A DNA stretch of 60,460 nucleotides, filler included, from 9 parts of 9 records of this genome joined end to end with filler, not necessarily neighbours in it, one strand, 5' to 3'. Positions 1 through 9,951 are shown, numbered from the whole stretch's first letter. Notes: generated by a model not told the origin, from the letters alone. Translations and numbers: made by a program.

Positions 1-2
1 TG

Positions 3-974
3 CCGGTCATCCGGGAGTATATGAGCATCTGGTACTGGGGGGTGATCTTCGTGGTGATCCCCATGACCGGGAACTCGGCCATCCGGGGGATGGGAGATAC
101 GAAGACTCCCTCCATGGTAATGCTCGTCGCCGCGGTAATGAATACCATTCTGGATCCGCTTTTGATCTTCGGAGTGGGACCGTTTCCCCGGATGGGAGTG
201 ACCGGAGCAGCACTGGCTACGGTCTGTTCACGGGCTCTGACCTTTACGGTGGCCTGGTATATCCTCATCTGCCGGGAAAAGGTGATTTCCCTGCGCCACC
301 GCAGCATCTCCTATATATGGGAGTCCTGGAAGGAGATCCTCCATGTGGGCGTACCTAACGCCCTGACGAAGATGATCATCCCCCTGGCATCGGGGATCAT
401 CACGGGAATGATTGCCGTACACGGAAAGGAAGCGGTAGCCGGTTTCGGTGTGGCCACCCGCCTGGATATGTTCGCCCTGATCCTGATCAATTCCCTGATC
501 TCCGTTCTGCCCGTCTTCATCGGCCAGAACTGGGGAGCCGGAAAGAAGGACCGGGTACTCCGGGGCATCCGTGTGAGCAGCCAGTTCGCCCTGATCTATG
601 GAGCGGGAATGTATCTCCTGCTGGCCATGGCGGCCCGTCCCATCGGCTTTCTGTTCAATGACAATCCCCGGGTGGTGGATGTCATCGTCCGGTATCTGAG
701 AATCGTCCCCCTGGCCTACGGAATGCAGGGGATCATGCTGGTCTCCGTTACGTCTCTGAACGTCCTGAAGAGACCGCTCCACGCGGCAGGATTCACTCTG
801 ATCCAGATGTTCGGACTCTATGTTCCCCTGGCGGTTGCCGGTTCCCGGCTGATCGGCGTGAGCGGCATCTTCGGAGCCCTGGCCCTCTCCTACCTGGTTA
901 TGGGTCCCCTCAGCCATTCCCTGACACGGAACTATATAAAAGGGCTCTCAAAAAAGCTACATTCTGGGTCATGA
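3..974 (+). CDS. MATE family efflux transporter (5' truncated)
   Basis: Polytopic membrane protein with MATE signatures RGMGDTKTP, NTILDPLLIFG..MGVTGAALAT and GQNWGAGKKDR; frame is open to the window edge. Confidence 0.92.
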   Translation, partial: PVIREYMSIWYWGVIFVVIPMTGNSAIRGMGDTKTPSMVMLVAAVMNTILDPLLIFGVGPFPRMGVTGAALATVCSRALTFTVAWYILICREKVISLRHRSISYIWESWKEILHVGVPNALTKMIIPLASGIITGMIAVHGKEAVAGFGVATRLDMFALILINSLISVLPVFIGQNWGAGKKDRVLRGIRVSSQFALIYGAGMYLLLAMAARPIGFLFNDNPRVVDVIVRYLRIVPLAYGMQGIMLVSVTSLNVLKRPLHAAGFTLIQMFGLYVPLAVAGSRLIGVSGIFGALALSYLVMGPLSHSLTRNYIKGLSKKLHSGS

Positions 975-1293
975 GGACATGGTCGAATTGGAGCTATTGT
1001 CGATTGAACTGAAACTCCAGTCTATCTACTATTTAGCAGATTTACCGGTATATTTAATTTCGTTTGGGGAAGTTAGATTGAAAGGGAACTCATTAACTTT
1101 TACGTTACATTGATCTCAAAGAGATGGAATATATTTTTCTTCTGCAGCCCCTTAAGCTGATATGAATTTACCTACACATGAGTAAGTAATTTTCATGACA
1201 AAAGAGCTGACAGAAGAAAACTTGTAATATGGTATTATTGTACCATCCGATCATCTATATTACAAAAAATATTAAATGCGGATTTCTCCTAAT

Positions 1294-2604
1294 TTAAAGA
1301 ACTCTTTCTAATGAAGTTACTTCTTCATCAAGATTTTCATCAATAATATTTACCTTATAGGGACCGGAACCAGCTGCATCAACAGATCCAAGAATCTTTT
1401 TCCCATCCGACATCCTTAGAGCATTAAATGTTATAATATTTTTTGAACTAACGGTCATACTGTAAACACTGTACTCACCAACTTTTAGTAAGGGATTCAT
1501 CACTCCATCAGAAGGATTGACCTTCTCAATTGTGCTACCGCCGCTCACTGAGCCTGCTATATAATAGTGGCTATCAGAATAGTCTACAGCTGATATTGTT
1601 GAAAAAGTATCTCCTGAAAGAGTAATCTTTTGGGGAGTACTAGTTTCATTATCAACTTCAAAAATCTTATCCTTATGATTAATATCAAAAATTGCAATTC
1701 GATCAGAGAGATTCATGATATATGCTGTGCCCATGGATGATGAGATATATTTCAATACTCCATATTTTGAAGTTGAGACATTAAAAGATGAGTCGATTCG
1801 AACTTGCATAATTTCATAATTGGCTGATTCCGCTGCAGTATAGAATAGACGACCATTCAGTCCCTTCCAGTGAGCAATCCAATTACTGCTAATATCATAG
1901 AGTCCCCCATTATTTTTTTTAACTCGATTAGCAGAAACCATACTATCTGAAATTAAAGATCCACAATAGATGACATTCCCATCATTATCCACAGAGAAAC
2001 TTTTCACAGAATCTGTGTCAGGTGTATACCGCGAACTTATTAAATTATCCGGATTCGTAATATCTACTTTTCTAATATAATCTACTTGAGAAGAAAACCC
2101 ATCTGCCCAGTATGGATAGTACAGGTTTCCAGCTCCATCACTTTTTATGAGTTCATCATTACGATAGGTATTCGGAAGGGGAGAGGGCAAGCTGGAACCA
2201 AGATCAAATGCTGCTCCATCACTCTTTCTAACCAAATAAGCATTTCTTGGATTAATACTATCATAACCGAAAATAACAACAATAAAAGAATCATCAATAT
2301 TATGAATAGATATGGGAGATTCAGAAACTGAGAAATCTTTCCCTGTTTCATCTTTATATGTTACTTCCTGTGTATAACCTTCACTTGTAATCTTGAATAT
2401 TTTTTTCGGTAAGTCTTCTTCTGAACGACCACTCATTCGTGATGAATTATTTGATGAAGCAATAAATAATGTTGATGCATTTCGAATATCCATACTTTTT
2501 AAACTGTGAATTCCATCATCCGTATTAGAACCGGGACCGCTTGGGTTATCACATCCTGATAATAATAAAATTGCACTCAACGCGAATAAAACAATTCTCT
2601 TCAT
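1294..2604 (-). CDS. Hypothetical lipoprotein (beta-rich, possibly propeller) in an AT-rich segment
   Basis: Start reassigned to ATG 2604 (AAGGAGA upstream); MKRIVLFALSAILLLSGC is a signal peptide with lipobox LSGC; DNA is visibly much more AT-rich than the flanks. Confidence 0.75.
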   Translation of the reverse strand: MKRIVLFALSAILLLSGCDNPSGPGSNTDDGIHSLKSMDIRNASTLFIASSNNSSRMSGRSEEDLPKKIFKITSEGYTQEVTYKDETGKDFSVSESPISIHNIDDSFIVVIFGYDSINPRNAYLVRKSDGAAFDLGSSLPSPLPNTYRNDELIKSDGAGNLYYPYWADGFSSQVDYIRKVDITNPDNLISSRYTPDTDSVKSFSVDNDGNVIYCGSLISDSMVSANRVKKNNGGLYDISSNWIAHWKGLNGRLFYTAAESANYEIMQVRIDSSFNVSTSKYGVLKYISSSMGTAYIMNLSDRIAIFDINHKDKIFEVDNETSTPQKITLSGDTFSTISAVDYSDSHYYIAGSVSGGSTIEKVNPSDGVMNPLLKVGEYSVYSMTVSSKNIITFNALRMSDGKKILGSVDAAGSGPYKVNIIDENLDEEVTSLERVL

Positions 2605-3078
2605 AATTTTCTCCTTGTTTTTCTTACTAATTAGGATTTTTAATCCCGTTTTTTCAAATACGGTATTTCCATAATGAATTGACTTTTCTAGATAATCAGA
2701 AAAACTTACATTGTACATGGTGATTTTTTACAGGATTGTTATCAGGAATAAATCATACATTACAAACAGTCTATTAGATATCAGCAATTCAGTATACAAA
2801 CAAAAAGATTATACCAGAGAATTTAATAATGACAACCAATTACAGGAAAAGGTATCATTCTCTTTCAATAAAAATAATGATATATATAAGATATCAAAAC
2901 ATCTTTTTCGCACAAAAATGAAATCGATGAATTTATCAAAACCTTTTCACTTGTTTTGAATAATATGGCGTTCTCTTTCCATAAAGTAAAACAGGAAAAA
3001 AAGCTAATTAAGCCCACCCGTGAGGAGACCACATTGATTCCTCCCTATAGGTAAAGCAAAAGCTAAATAGATCAGAGA

Positions 3079-3600
3079 TCAATGCCCGATGGCCTCCAGC
3101 ACCCCGGTATCGGGCACCCGCATCACCTTACCGGAGATGTTCTCCATCATAGAGACCAGACCGGGCTGGGCCTTTTGAGGGCCGCGGGTGTGGTCAGAGT
3201 CCACTCCGCCTCATCCGGTCCGTAGGCGGTCTGAATATCCCAGCCGGAACTGACGGCCCAGTAGGCGTACTCCTGGAGCAGGATTCGGTCGTAGATGTCA
3301 CCGGCACCCTTCAGATCCTTATACCCGCGTATGTTGTAATATCCGCCGGCGATGGCCTCCTGCATCAGGGCGTAGAGTTCCGAATCCCCTGTCAGACCCC
3401 ACTGCTGAGGGAAGGTGTAGTGCAGCCCCACATCGGTCACGGCATGGAGCAGGTGTTCCGCCACCTCCATAACCGGCGTGGCGCTCTCCCGCATGATTAT
3501 GTCGCACAGGCTGCTCTCCTTCATCAGGGTGCGGAAACCGGCGTCCGATTCGGGTATTCCCCTCTGTATACCCGATTCCCGGAGCCGGATCGTCCGATCC
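3079..3600 (-). pseudogene. Truncated/frameshifted remnant of a protein with an EHLLH putative metal-binding motif
   Basis: GC-rich coding-like ORF (EVAEHLLHAV...QEYAYW) with no convincing start; the C-terminus MMENISGKVMRVPDTGVLEAIGH* continues in another frame near 3150; boundaries approximate. Confidence 0.45.
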
Positions 3601-3682
3601 TGCAAGGTCGCACCCTTTTCCCGAGAAGAGACGCGATGCATCTGCCGACAATGATCATATGAAAAATGCAAAGGAAGGAATT

Positions 3683-4645
3683 ATGGCTGTGAAAAAAGCT
3701 TTTCGGAATATATCGGTGACACTGGCAGCACTGGCGGTACTGCTCCTGGCGGCATCCTGCGCCGGGGTGGAAGAACTGATCATACAGGAACCGGAGATCC
3801 TGGAGACGGAGCTCCGGATTACGGGAATCTCCTTTACCGGAGCGGAGATGGAACTGAACCTGGTGGTCTCCAATCCCAACCCCGTGGGCATCGAGCTGGC
3901 GGGATTCGACTACGACCTGCTGCTGGGCGGCGCCTCCTTCCTCAAGGGAGAGCAGACAGAAGGGGTCGGTATCGAAGCCAACGGGACCGCTCCTGTGACC
4001 ATCCCCGTCACCCTGGAGTATGAGAATGTATTCTGCACCATGGCGGCCCTGGGAGACGCGCAGGAGACGGACTACCGGCTGGATGCGGGGCTCCGTTTTG
4101 AGCTGCCGGTACTGGGAGAGAAGCGGGTGGCCGTCAGCCGGGAGGGGACAATCCCCCTGGTCCGGGCGCCCCGTTTCAGCTTCGAGTCCGTTTATGTGGC
4201 GGACCTGGGGATGATGGGGGCGGATGTGATCGTTCTGATGGACATCCTCAATCCAAACGGCTTCGATATCAGCCTGAACAGCTTCGACGGCCTTCTGATG
4301 GTCAACGAACAGAGATGGAGCGAGGTGACCATTCCCGAATCGGTTGAACTGCTCGCCGGAGAGACCGCGAAAACGGGATTCCAGATCCGCCTGGATTTCC
4401 TGTCCATGGGGCGGACGGTGCGGGACCTTCTGTCTGGGGAGAAGGAACTGCTGTACGAGTTTACGGGAGAATCGCTGCTGGACACCTCCCTGGATTTTAT
4501 GGATGAGGAGAGCCTCACTCTGGGATTCGCGGGAGAGATGGATCTGATGAAGCCCGACACCACCACCGAAGGCACCCACAGCTCGGTGAAGATTGAAAAC
4601 TCCATCGCCGACAACCTGGTCAACCTCTTCGGCACCTACCGCTGA
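3683..4645 (+). CDS. Lipoprotein with tandem LEA_2 (WHy) domains
   Basis: Lipobox LAASC; two NPN motifs (VSNPNPVGI, ILNPNGFDI) typical of LEA_2; AAGGAA before ATG 3683. Confidence 0.85.
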   Translation: MAVKKAFRNISVTLAALAVLLLAASCAGVEELIIQEPEILETELRITGISFTGAEMELNLVVSNPNPVGIELAGFDYDLLLGGASFLKGEQTEGVGIEANGTAPVTIPVTLEYENVFCTMAALGDAQETDYRLDAGLRFELPVLGEKRVAVSREGTIPLVRAPRFSFESVYVADLGMMGADVIVLMDILNPNGFDISLNSFDGLLMVNEQRWSEVTIPESVELLAGETAKTGFQIRLDFLSMGRTVRDLLSGEKELLYEFTGESLLDTSLDFMDEESLTLGFAGEMDLMKPDTTTEGTHSSVKIENSIADNLVNLFGTYR

Positions 4646-4661
4646 CCGCGGAGCGGGGGAT

Positions 4662-5393
4662 TCAGCCGATCCGCTCTTTGAGCCCCTGAATCCGCCGCCG
4701 GGAGACGGTCAGCCGGTCGCCGTTTTTCATCTCCACCATATACTGCCCCTTGAACAGGGGGTGGAGCTTGCTGATGCAGCTCACATTGACCAGATCGGTC
4801 CGGCTGATCCGGTAGAATCCCTTCTCCGCCAGCAGCTCCTCGTAGGAGTTGAGGGAGCGGTCGGAGTAGAGGGCCTCGCCTCCCGCATGGATGAAACTGA
4901 ATCCCTCTTCGAAACTGATCCGGGAGATCTCGGCGATCCGGATGATTCGGATGGTCTCGCCGGATTTGATCGACAGAACCTCCTTTGAAGGACTTGCGGG
5001 AGGTGCGGGTTCGGCGACCCGGGTCTGATGCAGGCTCTCCCGGATCTTCTCCAGGGCCCGGTCGAACCGCTCCCGGCTCACGGGCTTCATCAGGTAGTCC
5101 AGGGCACTGACGTCGAAGGCCTGCACCCCGTATTCGGAGTAGGCGGTCTGAAAGACGATGAGCGGCGGATTCTTCAGGGAGGGGATGGTGGCGAACACCG
5201 AAGCACCGGGCATATTGATGTCCAGGAAGGCGGCGTCCGGCGCTTTTCCGATGATTTCGGTGACCACCTGGTCCCCATTCTCCGCCTCGGCGACGATCCG
5301 GAAGTCCGGATGCTCCGCCAGGAGGGTCTTCAGCCGCTTCCGGGCGGGGACCTCGTCGTCGGCGATCAGTACGGTTATTTCACGGGAAGGCAT
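4662..5393 (-). CDS. LytTR family response regulator
   Basis: Receiver domain (IADDE, FLDINMPG, DYLMKP) plus LytTR domain (FYRISRTDLVN, VSRRR). Confidence 0.95.
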   Translation of the reverse strand: MPSREITVLIADDEVPARKRLKTLLAEHPDFRIVAEAENGDQVVTEIIGKAPDAAFLDINMPGASVFATIPSLKNPPLIVFQTAYSEYGVQAFDVSALDYLMKPVSRERFDRALEKIRESLHQTRVAEPAPPASPSKEVLSIKSGETIRIIRIAEISRISFEEGFSFIHAGGEALYSDRSLNSYEELLAEKGFYRISRTDLVNVSCISKLHPLFKGQYMVEMKNGDRLTVSRRRIQGLKERIG

Positions 5394-6364
5394 ATCTTCA
5401 CACCTCCCTTTTCCACAAGGAACTCTCCGCCGGCCAGTTCGACCCGCCGCCGGGTCACCTCCAGGCCGGTGCCCTGCCCCACCATCTCGCCCGTCAGCTT
5501 CGCCTCCGAATCAGCCACCCCGATGACCAGCCGGTCCCCCTCCTCTCCGATGGAGACCGAGATCCGGACGTATTCGCAGTGGTCCAGGTTGTGCTTGATC
5601 GAGTTCTCCACCAGGGGCTGGATCAGGAGCGGGGGGATCTCCCGCCGGGAGCTGCCGTTTATGGCATAGTCCAGCCGCCGGCCGAACCGCTCCTTCTGGA
5701 TAAACAGGTATTTCTCCACACTGGCAATCTCCTCCTCCAGGGGGATGCTCTTCTTTCCGGAGGCCTCCAGGTTGTAGCGGAGCAGCTCCGAGAGCCGGAT
5801 CAGCACGTCCTCCGCCCGGTCCCGGTCGTCCAGCAGGGAGACCATCAGGTTCAGGGAGTTGAACAGGAAGTGGGGATTGATCCGGGAGGAAAACATCTGC
5901 CGTTCCGTCTCCTCCCGCAATTTCTTCTCCGCTTCCTTCTCCCTCTTCTCCTTCTCCGCCATCCTCTGGTAGTCCAGGAACCCGCAGCTGAAGAGGCTCA
6001 GGGAAGTGATGATCAGGAAGATGATCAGGATATAGGAGACCATGACCTCCATGCCGTAGAGGAAGAAAAGGGTGTGTCTGATGGTGATGTAGAAGAGGCC
6101 GCTGACAGCGAAGCCGGCGGAGGAGAGGACGATCAGCAGATAGATGACCAGATTCCGGATCTTGCCCGTCAGCTGCCGGAAAACGAAGATGTTGAGCAGC
6201 AGCCCGCCGGTCATGATGAAACTGTTGACCAGGCTGAAGGGAATCAGCTCGACGGAGAAGTAGCGCTTGACCAGTATAAACAGCAGGGGGAGGAGGAACA
6301 GGGTCATCAGGAAAACGGGGATGAATAGGGACCGCCAGAGCTGTTTGCTGCTTTTCCGCTTCAT
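5375..6364 (-). CDS. LytS-type sensor histidine kinase
   Basis: Four N-terminal TM segments; INPHFLFNSLN H-box, LIQPLVENSIKH and GTGL; start reassigned to MKRKSSK at 6364. Confidence 0.93.
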   Translation of the reverse strand: MKRKSSKQLWRSLFIPVFLMTLFLLPLLFILVKRYFSVELIPFSLVNSFIMTGGLLLNIFVFRQLTGKIRNLVIYLLIVLSSAGFAVSGLFYITIRHTLFFLYGMEVMVSYILIIFLIITSLSLFSCGFLDYQRMAEKEKREKEAEKKLREETERQMFSSRINPHFLFNSLNLMVSLLDDRDRAEDVLIRLSELLRYNLEASGKKSIPLEEEIASVEKYLFIQKERFGRRLDYAINGSSRREIPPLLIQPLVENSIKHNLDHCEYVRISVSIGEEGDRLVIGVADSEAKLTGEMVGQGTGLEVTRRRVELAGGEFLVEKGGVKICLPVK

Positions 6365-6452
6365 AATGAGCCATACTACTCCATCCCCGCCGGGGGGACA
6401 ACAAAAAACACCCGGAATCCACCCCCGGTGCCTTTTCCGGCCGCACCGGAAG

Positions 6453-6501
6453 CCGCTCAATCCTCCTGCGAAACCGCTCAACAGGAAATACCGACCGCTC
6501 A
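6453..6501 (+). promoter_or_regulatory. Putative LytTR binding array: three CCGCTCA direct repeats at 21-bp period
   Basis: CCGCTCA at 6453, 6474 and 6495, in the divergent intergenic region next to the lytS/lytTR pair. Confidence 0.75.
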
Positions 6502-6606
6502 TCCGGTTTGACTGGGACCGGCCCCTCTGAGGGTATATATTTAAATCAGAAAGAAAACGGTGCGGGGAGGCATCCTCCCGGGCACTGCAAGATAGAGGAG
6601 AAAATT

Positions 6607-7522
6607 ATGGAAAGAATACTGACGGCCTACGGCCTGATCCTGTTCATGCTGCTGGGATCGGCGGCACTGGTTTCGGCGAAAGAGGATGTGCGCTTCGACG
6701 CCGGAAGCATCTACATCGCCGCCAGCGAGGAGGAAAAAACCATCCTGGATACCAGGACCTTCGGCGGAGACTACCTGGGAGCGGGCAGCAATGTCAGCTT
6801 TTCCGGAAAGGCGGACGACCTCTACCTGATGGGCAAGAGCATTCTCTACACCGGCCGGTCCACCGGCGGCATGCTCGCCCTGGGCGAAACGATTGAAGTT
6901 GAGGGCGCGGTGGCCAAAAACCTCCACAGCGTCGGCAACTCTGTGAGAATCACAGGCCATGTGATGGAAACAGCCTTCCTGGCGGGACAGCACATCGTGA
7001 TCGCCGAGGATGCGGTTGTGGACGGCACACTGATGAGCGGCTCCAACACCCTTCATGTGATCGGCCGGCTGAACAACGGCCTTCTCGCCGGCGCCGGCGA
7101 AATCATCATCGACGGGCCCGTCCGGGGCAACGTCAACATCCGGACAGGGAATCTGATCATCACCGAGAGGGGCTCCATCGACGGCAGCCTGATCTACGGC
7201 AGCAGCAAGGAACTCTCGGACGACGAGCGGGCCCGGATTTCGGGCAGTGTCAGATACGAGATCAAGGAGAAATTCGAACCCGAGGGCTGGAGGACCTTCG
7301 GCATCGTGGCGGCGATCCTGTTCTACCTGGCCGCCGCCGTAACCGGCCTGCTGCTGCTCCTCCTGCCGGGAGTCCGGGGAATCTTCGCACGGGTTATGGA
7401 GCCGGTCCACTACGGCAAGACGGTACTGTGGGGACTGATCCCCCTGTTCATCTTCCCCGTGGCGGTCCTGGTGACCATCCCCCTCTTTCCCCTGGCCGTC
7501 GCCCTCGCCCTGTCGGCCCTCC
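6607..7522 (+). CDS. Secreted polymer-forming cytoskeletal (bactofilin-like beta-helix) protein with C-terminal TM region, 3' truncated
   Basis: Signal peptide, Gly/Val/Ile repeats (GEIIIDGPVRGNVNI, GSIDGSLIY), then hydrophobic helices; GAGGAG before ATG 6607. Confidence 0.75.
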
Positions 7523-7622
7523 NNNNNNNNNNNNNNNNNNNNNNNNNNNNNNNNNNNNNNNNNNNNTTAATTAATTAANNNNNNNNNNNNNNNNNNNNNN
7601 NNNNNNNNNNNNNNNNNNNNNN
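7523..7622. other. Artificial contig spacer
   Basis: 44 N + TTAATTAATTAA (stops in all six frames) + 44 N; composition changes abruptly across it. Confidence 0.99.
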
Positions 7623-7632
7623 GGGGCTGTAT

Positions 7633-8100
7633 ATGTTTTTAAAACCATATGAGAAATTTGAGATAGTAACACCTTTAACAAAAGAACAAATATTTTCGAG
7701 AATAGAAAGTAGCAATATTTTTAAAAGAGTGATGTTTTCTAAAAAGAATACAGAAGAATTTAAGATTATCTGCAAAGTTTGGTATAGATATGATTATAGT
7801 TCAATAATTATTGGCAATAATTTTCAAAGGGTAGGTAAAAACACTAGTATTAATATTGTGATTAGACCAACAATATTATTTGCTTTGATAATAATGGCTG
7901 CTTTAATATCGTTTTTATCTGTTGCATCAAAATCAGGTATATCTTTACTTATACCGAGATTTGGATATTTATTTGATTTCAGGGCTTTAGCAGTGGTTGT
8001 TATAGGTATTATTATTTTGGTTGTTATGATTGTGATTTTAATTACATACAGAAAAGAAAAGTTGATTGAAATACTTGAAGCTGAGATTGTATCGGGATAG
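7633..8100 (+). CDS. Hypothetical membrane protein
   Basis: 155-aa ORF with two hydrophobic C-terminal helices. Confidence 0.6.
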   Translation: MFLKPYEKFEIVTPLTKEQIFSRIESSNIFKRVMFSKKNTEEFKIICKVWYRYDYSSIIIGNNFQRVGKNTSINIVIRPTILFALIIMAALISFLSVASKSGISLLIPRFGYLFDFRALAVVVIGIIILVVMIVILITYRKEKLIEILEAEIVSG

Positions 8101-8112
8101 CAAAAACATATA

Positions 8113-8140
8113 TTGACAAAAATAAATAATATGATAATAT
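8113..8140 (+). promoter_or_regulatory. SigmaA-type promoter of the ABC-F gene
   Basis: TTGACA at 8113-8118 and extended -10 TGnTAATAT at 8132-8140. Confidence 0.6.
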
Positions 8141-8163
8141 GAAATTATAAAAACAAACACCAC

Positions 8164-8342
8164 GGAGGTTGAAAAAAGTTTAATGCGTAAATAGTATGTG
8201 AGATTTTAATGGATGCAAATGTAAGGTTAGCCAAAAAAATTGGCGGAGTTTTATGCATCTTTAGAAAATCAATATCAGCTATTTTTTATTTTGCTTTTTT
8301 CTGATAGAAGGATTGGTTTTCTTTTTGATGCCTTTGGAGGTG
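8164..8342 (+). promoter_or_regulatory. Putative ribosome-dependent attenuator leader with a micro-uORF
   Basis: GGAGG at 8164; ATG CGT AAA TAG (MRK*) at 8183-8194; mutually exclusive pairings 8202-8217:8254-8270 versus 8255-8278:8301-8331; second SD GGAGGTG at 8336-8342. Confidence 0.65.
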
Positions 8343-8349
8343 TTTTATT

Positions 8350-9951
8350 ATTTTAAACTTAGAACTTAAAAATATATTAATGGAGTATGGCGTAAAAGAG
8401 CTTTTTTCCATCAAATCATTAGCAGTATATTCAAACGACAAAATTGGAATAGTGGGTGAAAATGGTACAGGCAAAACAACATTGCTTGATATTATAGCAA
8501 AAAAAACCAATCCGATTAGCGGAAACGTAAATCTATTGAGCGATTTTAGCTACATCACTCAAGGTGTAGAGTATACTAATTGTAACAATCAAGACTTCAA
8601 TCATTATAAATGGAGCGTATATACAAACCCATATAGCGGCGGCGAGATAACAAGATCAAAGATAGCAGATGCACTTGAAGTGCAAAATGACATCTTGCTC
8701 TGTGATGAACCCACATCCAATTTGGACGAAAAAGGAATTAGAAAGCTAGAAAAAACATTAGCGGATTATAAAGGTTCAGTATTGCTCGTTAGCCACGACC
8801 GTATGCTGCTTGATAAAGTATGCAATAAAATATGGGAGATAAAGGACGGCGAAATCAACGTGTACTCTGGCAACTATTCTGACTACAAACAGGAATTGGA
8901 AAAATCAATAAAAAATCAGCAAAAGGAATATGAAAAATATATCTCTACTAAAAAGAGTCTGCAGTCCGCACTAACAACTCAAAGTAGTAAAGCAAAAGGG
9001 ATGACAAAAGCTCCAAAGCGAATGGGCAACAGTGAAGCAAGACTTCACAAGATGGATGTTAGAACAAGAGCTGGAAAGGTAAGCGGTAAAGCAAAAACTA
9101 TAAAAAACAGAATTGAAAACTTAGAGGTAAAGCAAAAGCCAAGATCTGAAACTAGCTATAAGATGCTAAGCAATAACTTAAACCAAAAGCTAAGCAAGGT
9201 AGCTATTGAGGTTAAAAACTTAAATTTTGCTTATGACGATATAGATATCTTATTAGATGTTTCGTTTGACGTACAAAGAGGCGATAAGCTTTGCATAACT
9301 GGTGATAATGGAAGCGGAAAAACAACACTATTAAACTGTATAATAGAAAAAGCTGACGGTGTCCGTATAAATCCAAGTGATGAAATCGGGTATTTTAGAC
9401 AAAATTGTTTGGAGCTGAAGGACGAAAAAACAATACTGCAAAGCGTTATGTTAGATAGTAAACTTCCAGAACATAAGGTGCGAACAGTATTAGCAGAGCT
9501 TGGTATAAAAAGAGATGATGTGTTTAAAAAAATCCAGATGCTTTCTGGCGGAGAAAAATGCAAAGTATCGCTTAGCGCACTTCTCTGTAAGATGCCTTCG
9601 ATCCTCATACTGGATGAACCCACAAACTACTTGGATATATATGTATTAGAAGCACTAGAAAAAATGCTGACCGATTACAACGGCACACTTATTATAGTAA
9701 GCCATGATAGATTTTTTAGACAAAAGGTAACCGATAAAGAGATGATAATAAAAGGCGGTAAAGCCAATATAAAGCAAGATATTAAGCCTAAAAGCATCAG
9801 CGATATAAAAACAAAACTGATGGTTTTAGAGCTAAAAGCAACTGAGCTTATCGCGCGTAAAAAGGGGCTATCTGATATTCAGCAAGCAAAGATTGAGGAG
9901 GAATACTTAAGGGTTGTTGAAGAAATACAGGAGTTGAAAGGAAAGGTATAA
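8350..9951 (+). CDS. ABC-F ribosomal protection protein (Msr/Vga/CplR-like ARE-ABCF)
   Basis: Two ABC domains (GENGTGKTT, GDNGSGKTT, LSGGE, DEPT), no TM segments, interdomain linker APKRMGNSEARLHKM; N-terminus probably extends to ATT 8350 (track ATG is 8380). Confidence 0.92.
   Translation: MLNLELKNILMEYGVKELFSIKSLAVYSNDKIGIVGENGTGKTTLLDIIAKKTNPISGNVNLLSDFSYITQGVEYTNCNNQDFNHYKWSVYTNPYSGGEITRSKIADALEVQNDILLCDEPTSNLDEKGIRKLEKTLADYKGSVLLVSHDRMLLDKVCNKIWEIKDGEINVYSGNYSDYKQELEKSIKNQQKEYEKYISTKKSLQSALTTQSSKAKGMTKAPKRMGNSEARLHKMDVRTRAGKVSGKAKTIKNRIENLEVKQKPRSETSYKMLSNNLNQKLSKVAIEVKNLNFAYDDIDILLDVSFDVQRGDKLCITGDNGSGKTTLLNCIIEKADGVRINPSDEIGYFRQNCLELKDEKTILQSVMLDSKLPEHKVRTVLAELGIKRDDVFKKIQMLSGGEKCKVSLSALLCKMPSILILDEPTNYLDIYVLEALEKMLTDYNGTLIIVSHDRFFRQKVTDKEMIIKGGKANIKQDIKPKSISDIKTKLMVLELKATELIARKKGLSDIQQAKIEEEYLRVVEEIQELKGKV

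Noticed and set aside
228..7410. Long antisense or overlapping ORFs in the first contig (for example 3524-4579, 5511-6446, 6541-7410)
   Set aside because: Shadow ORFs caused by high-GC codon bias opposite or within well-supported genes; no recognisable motifs
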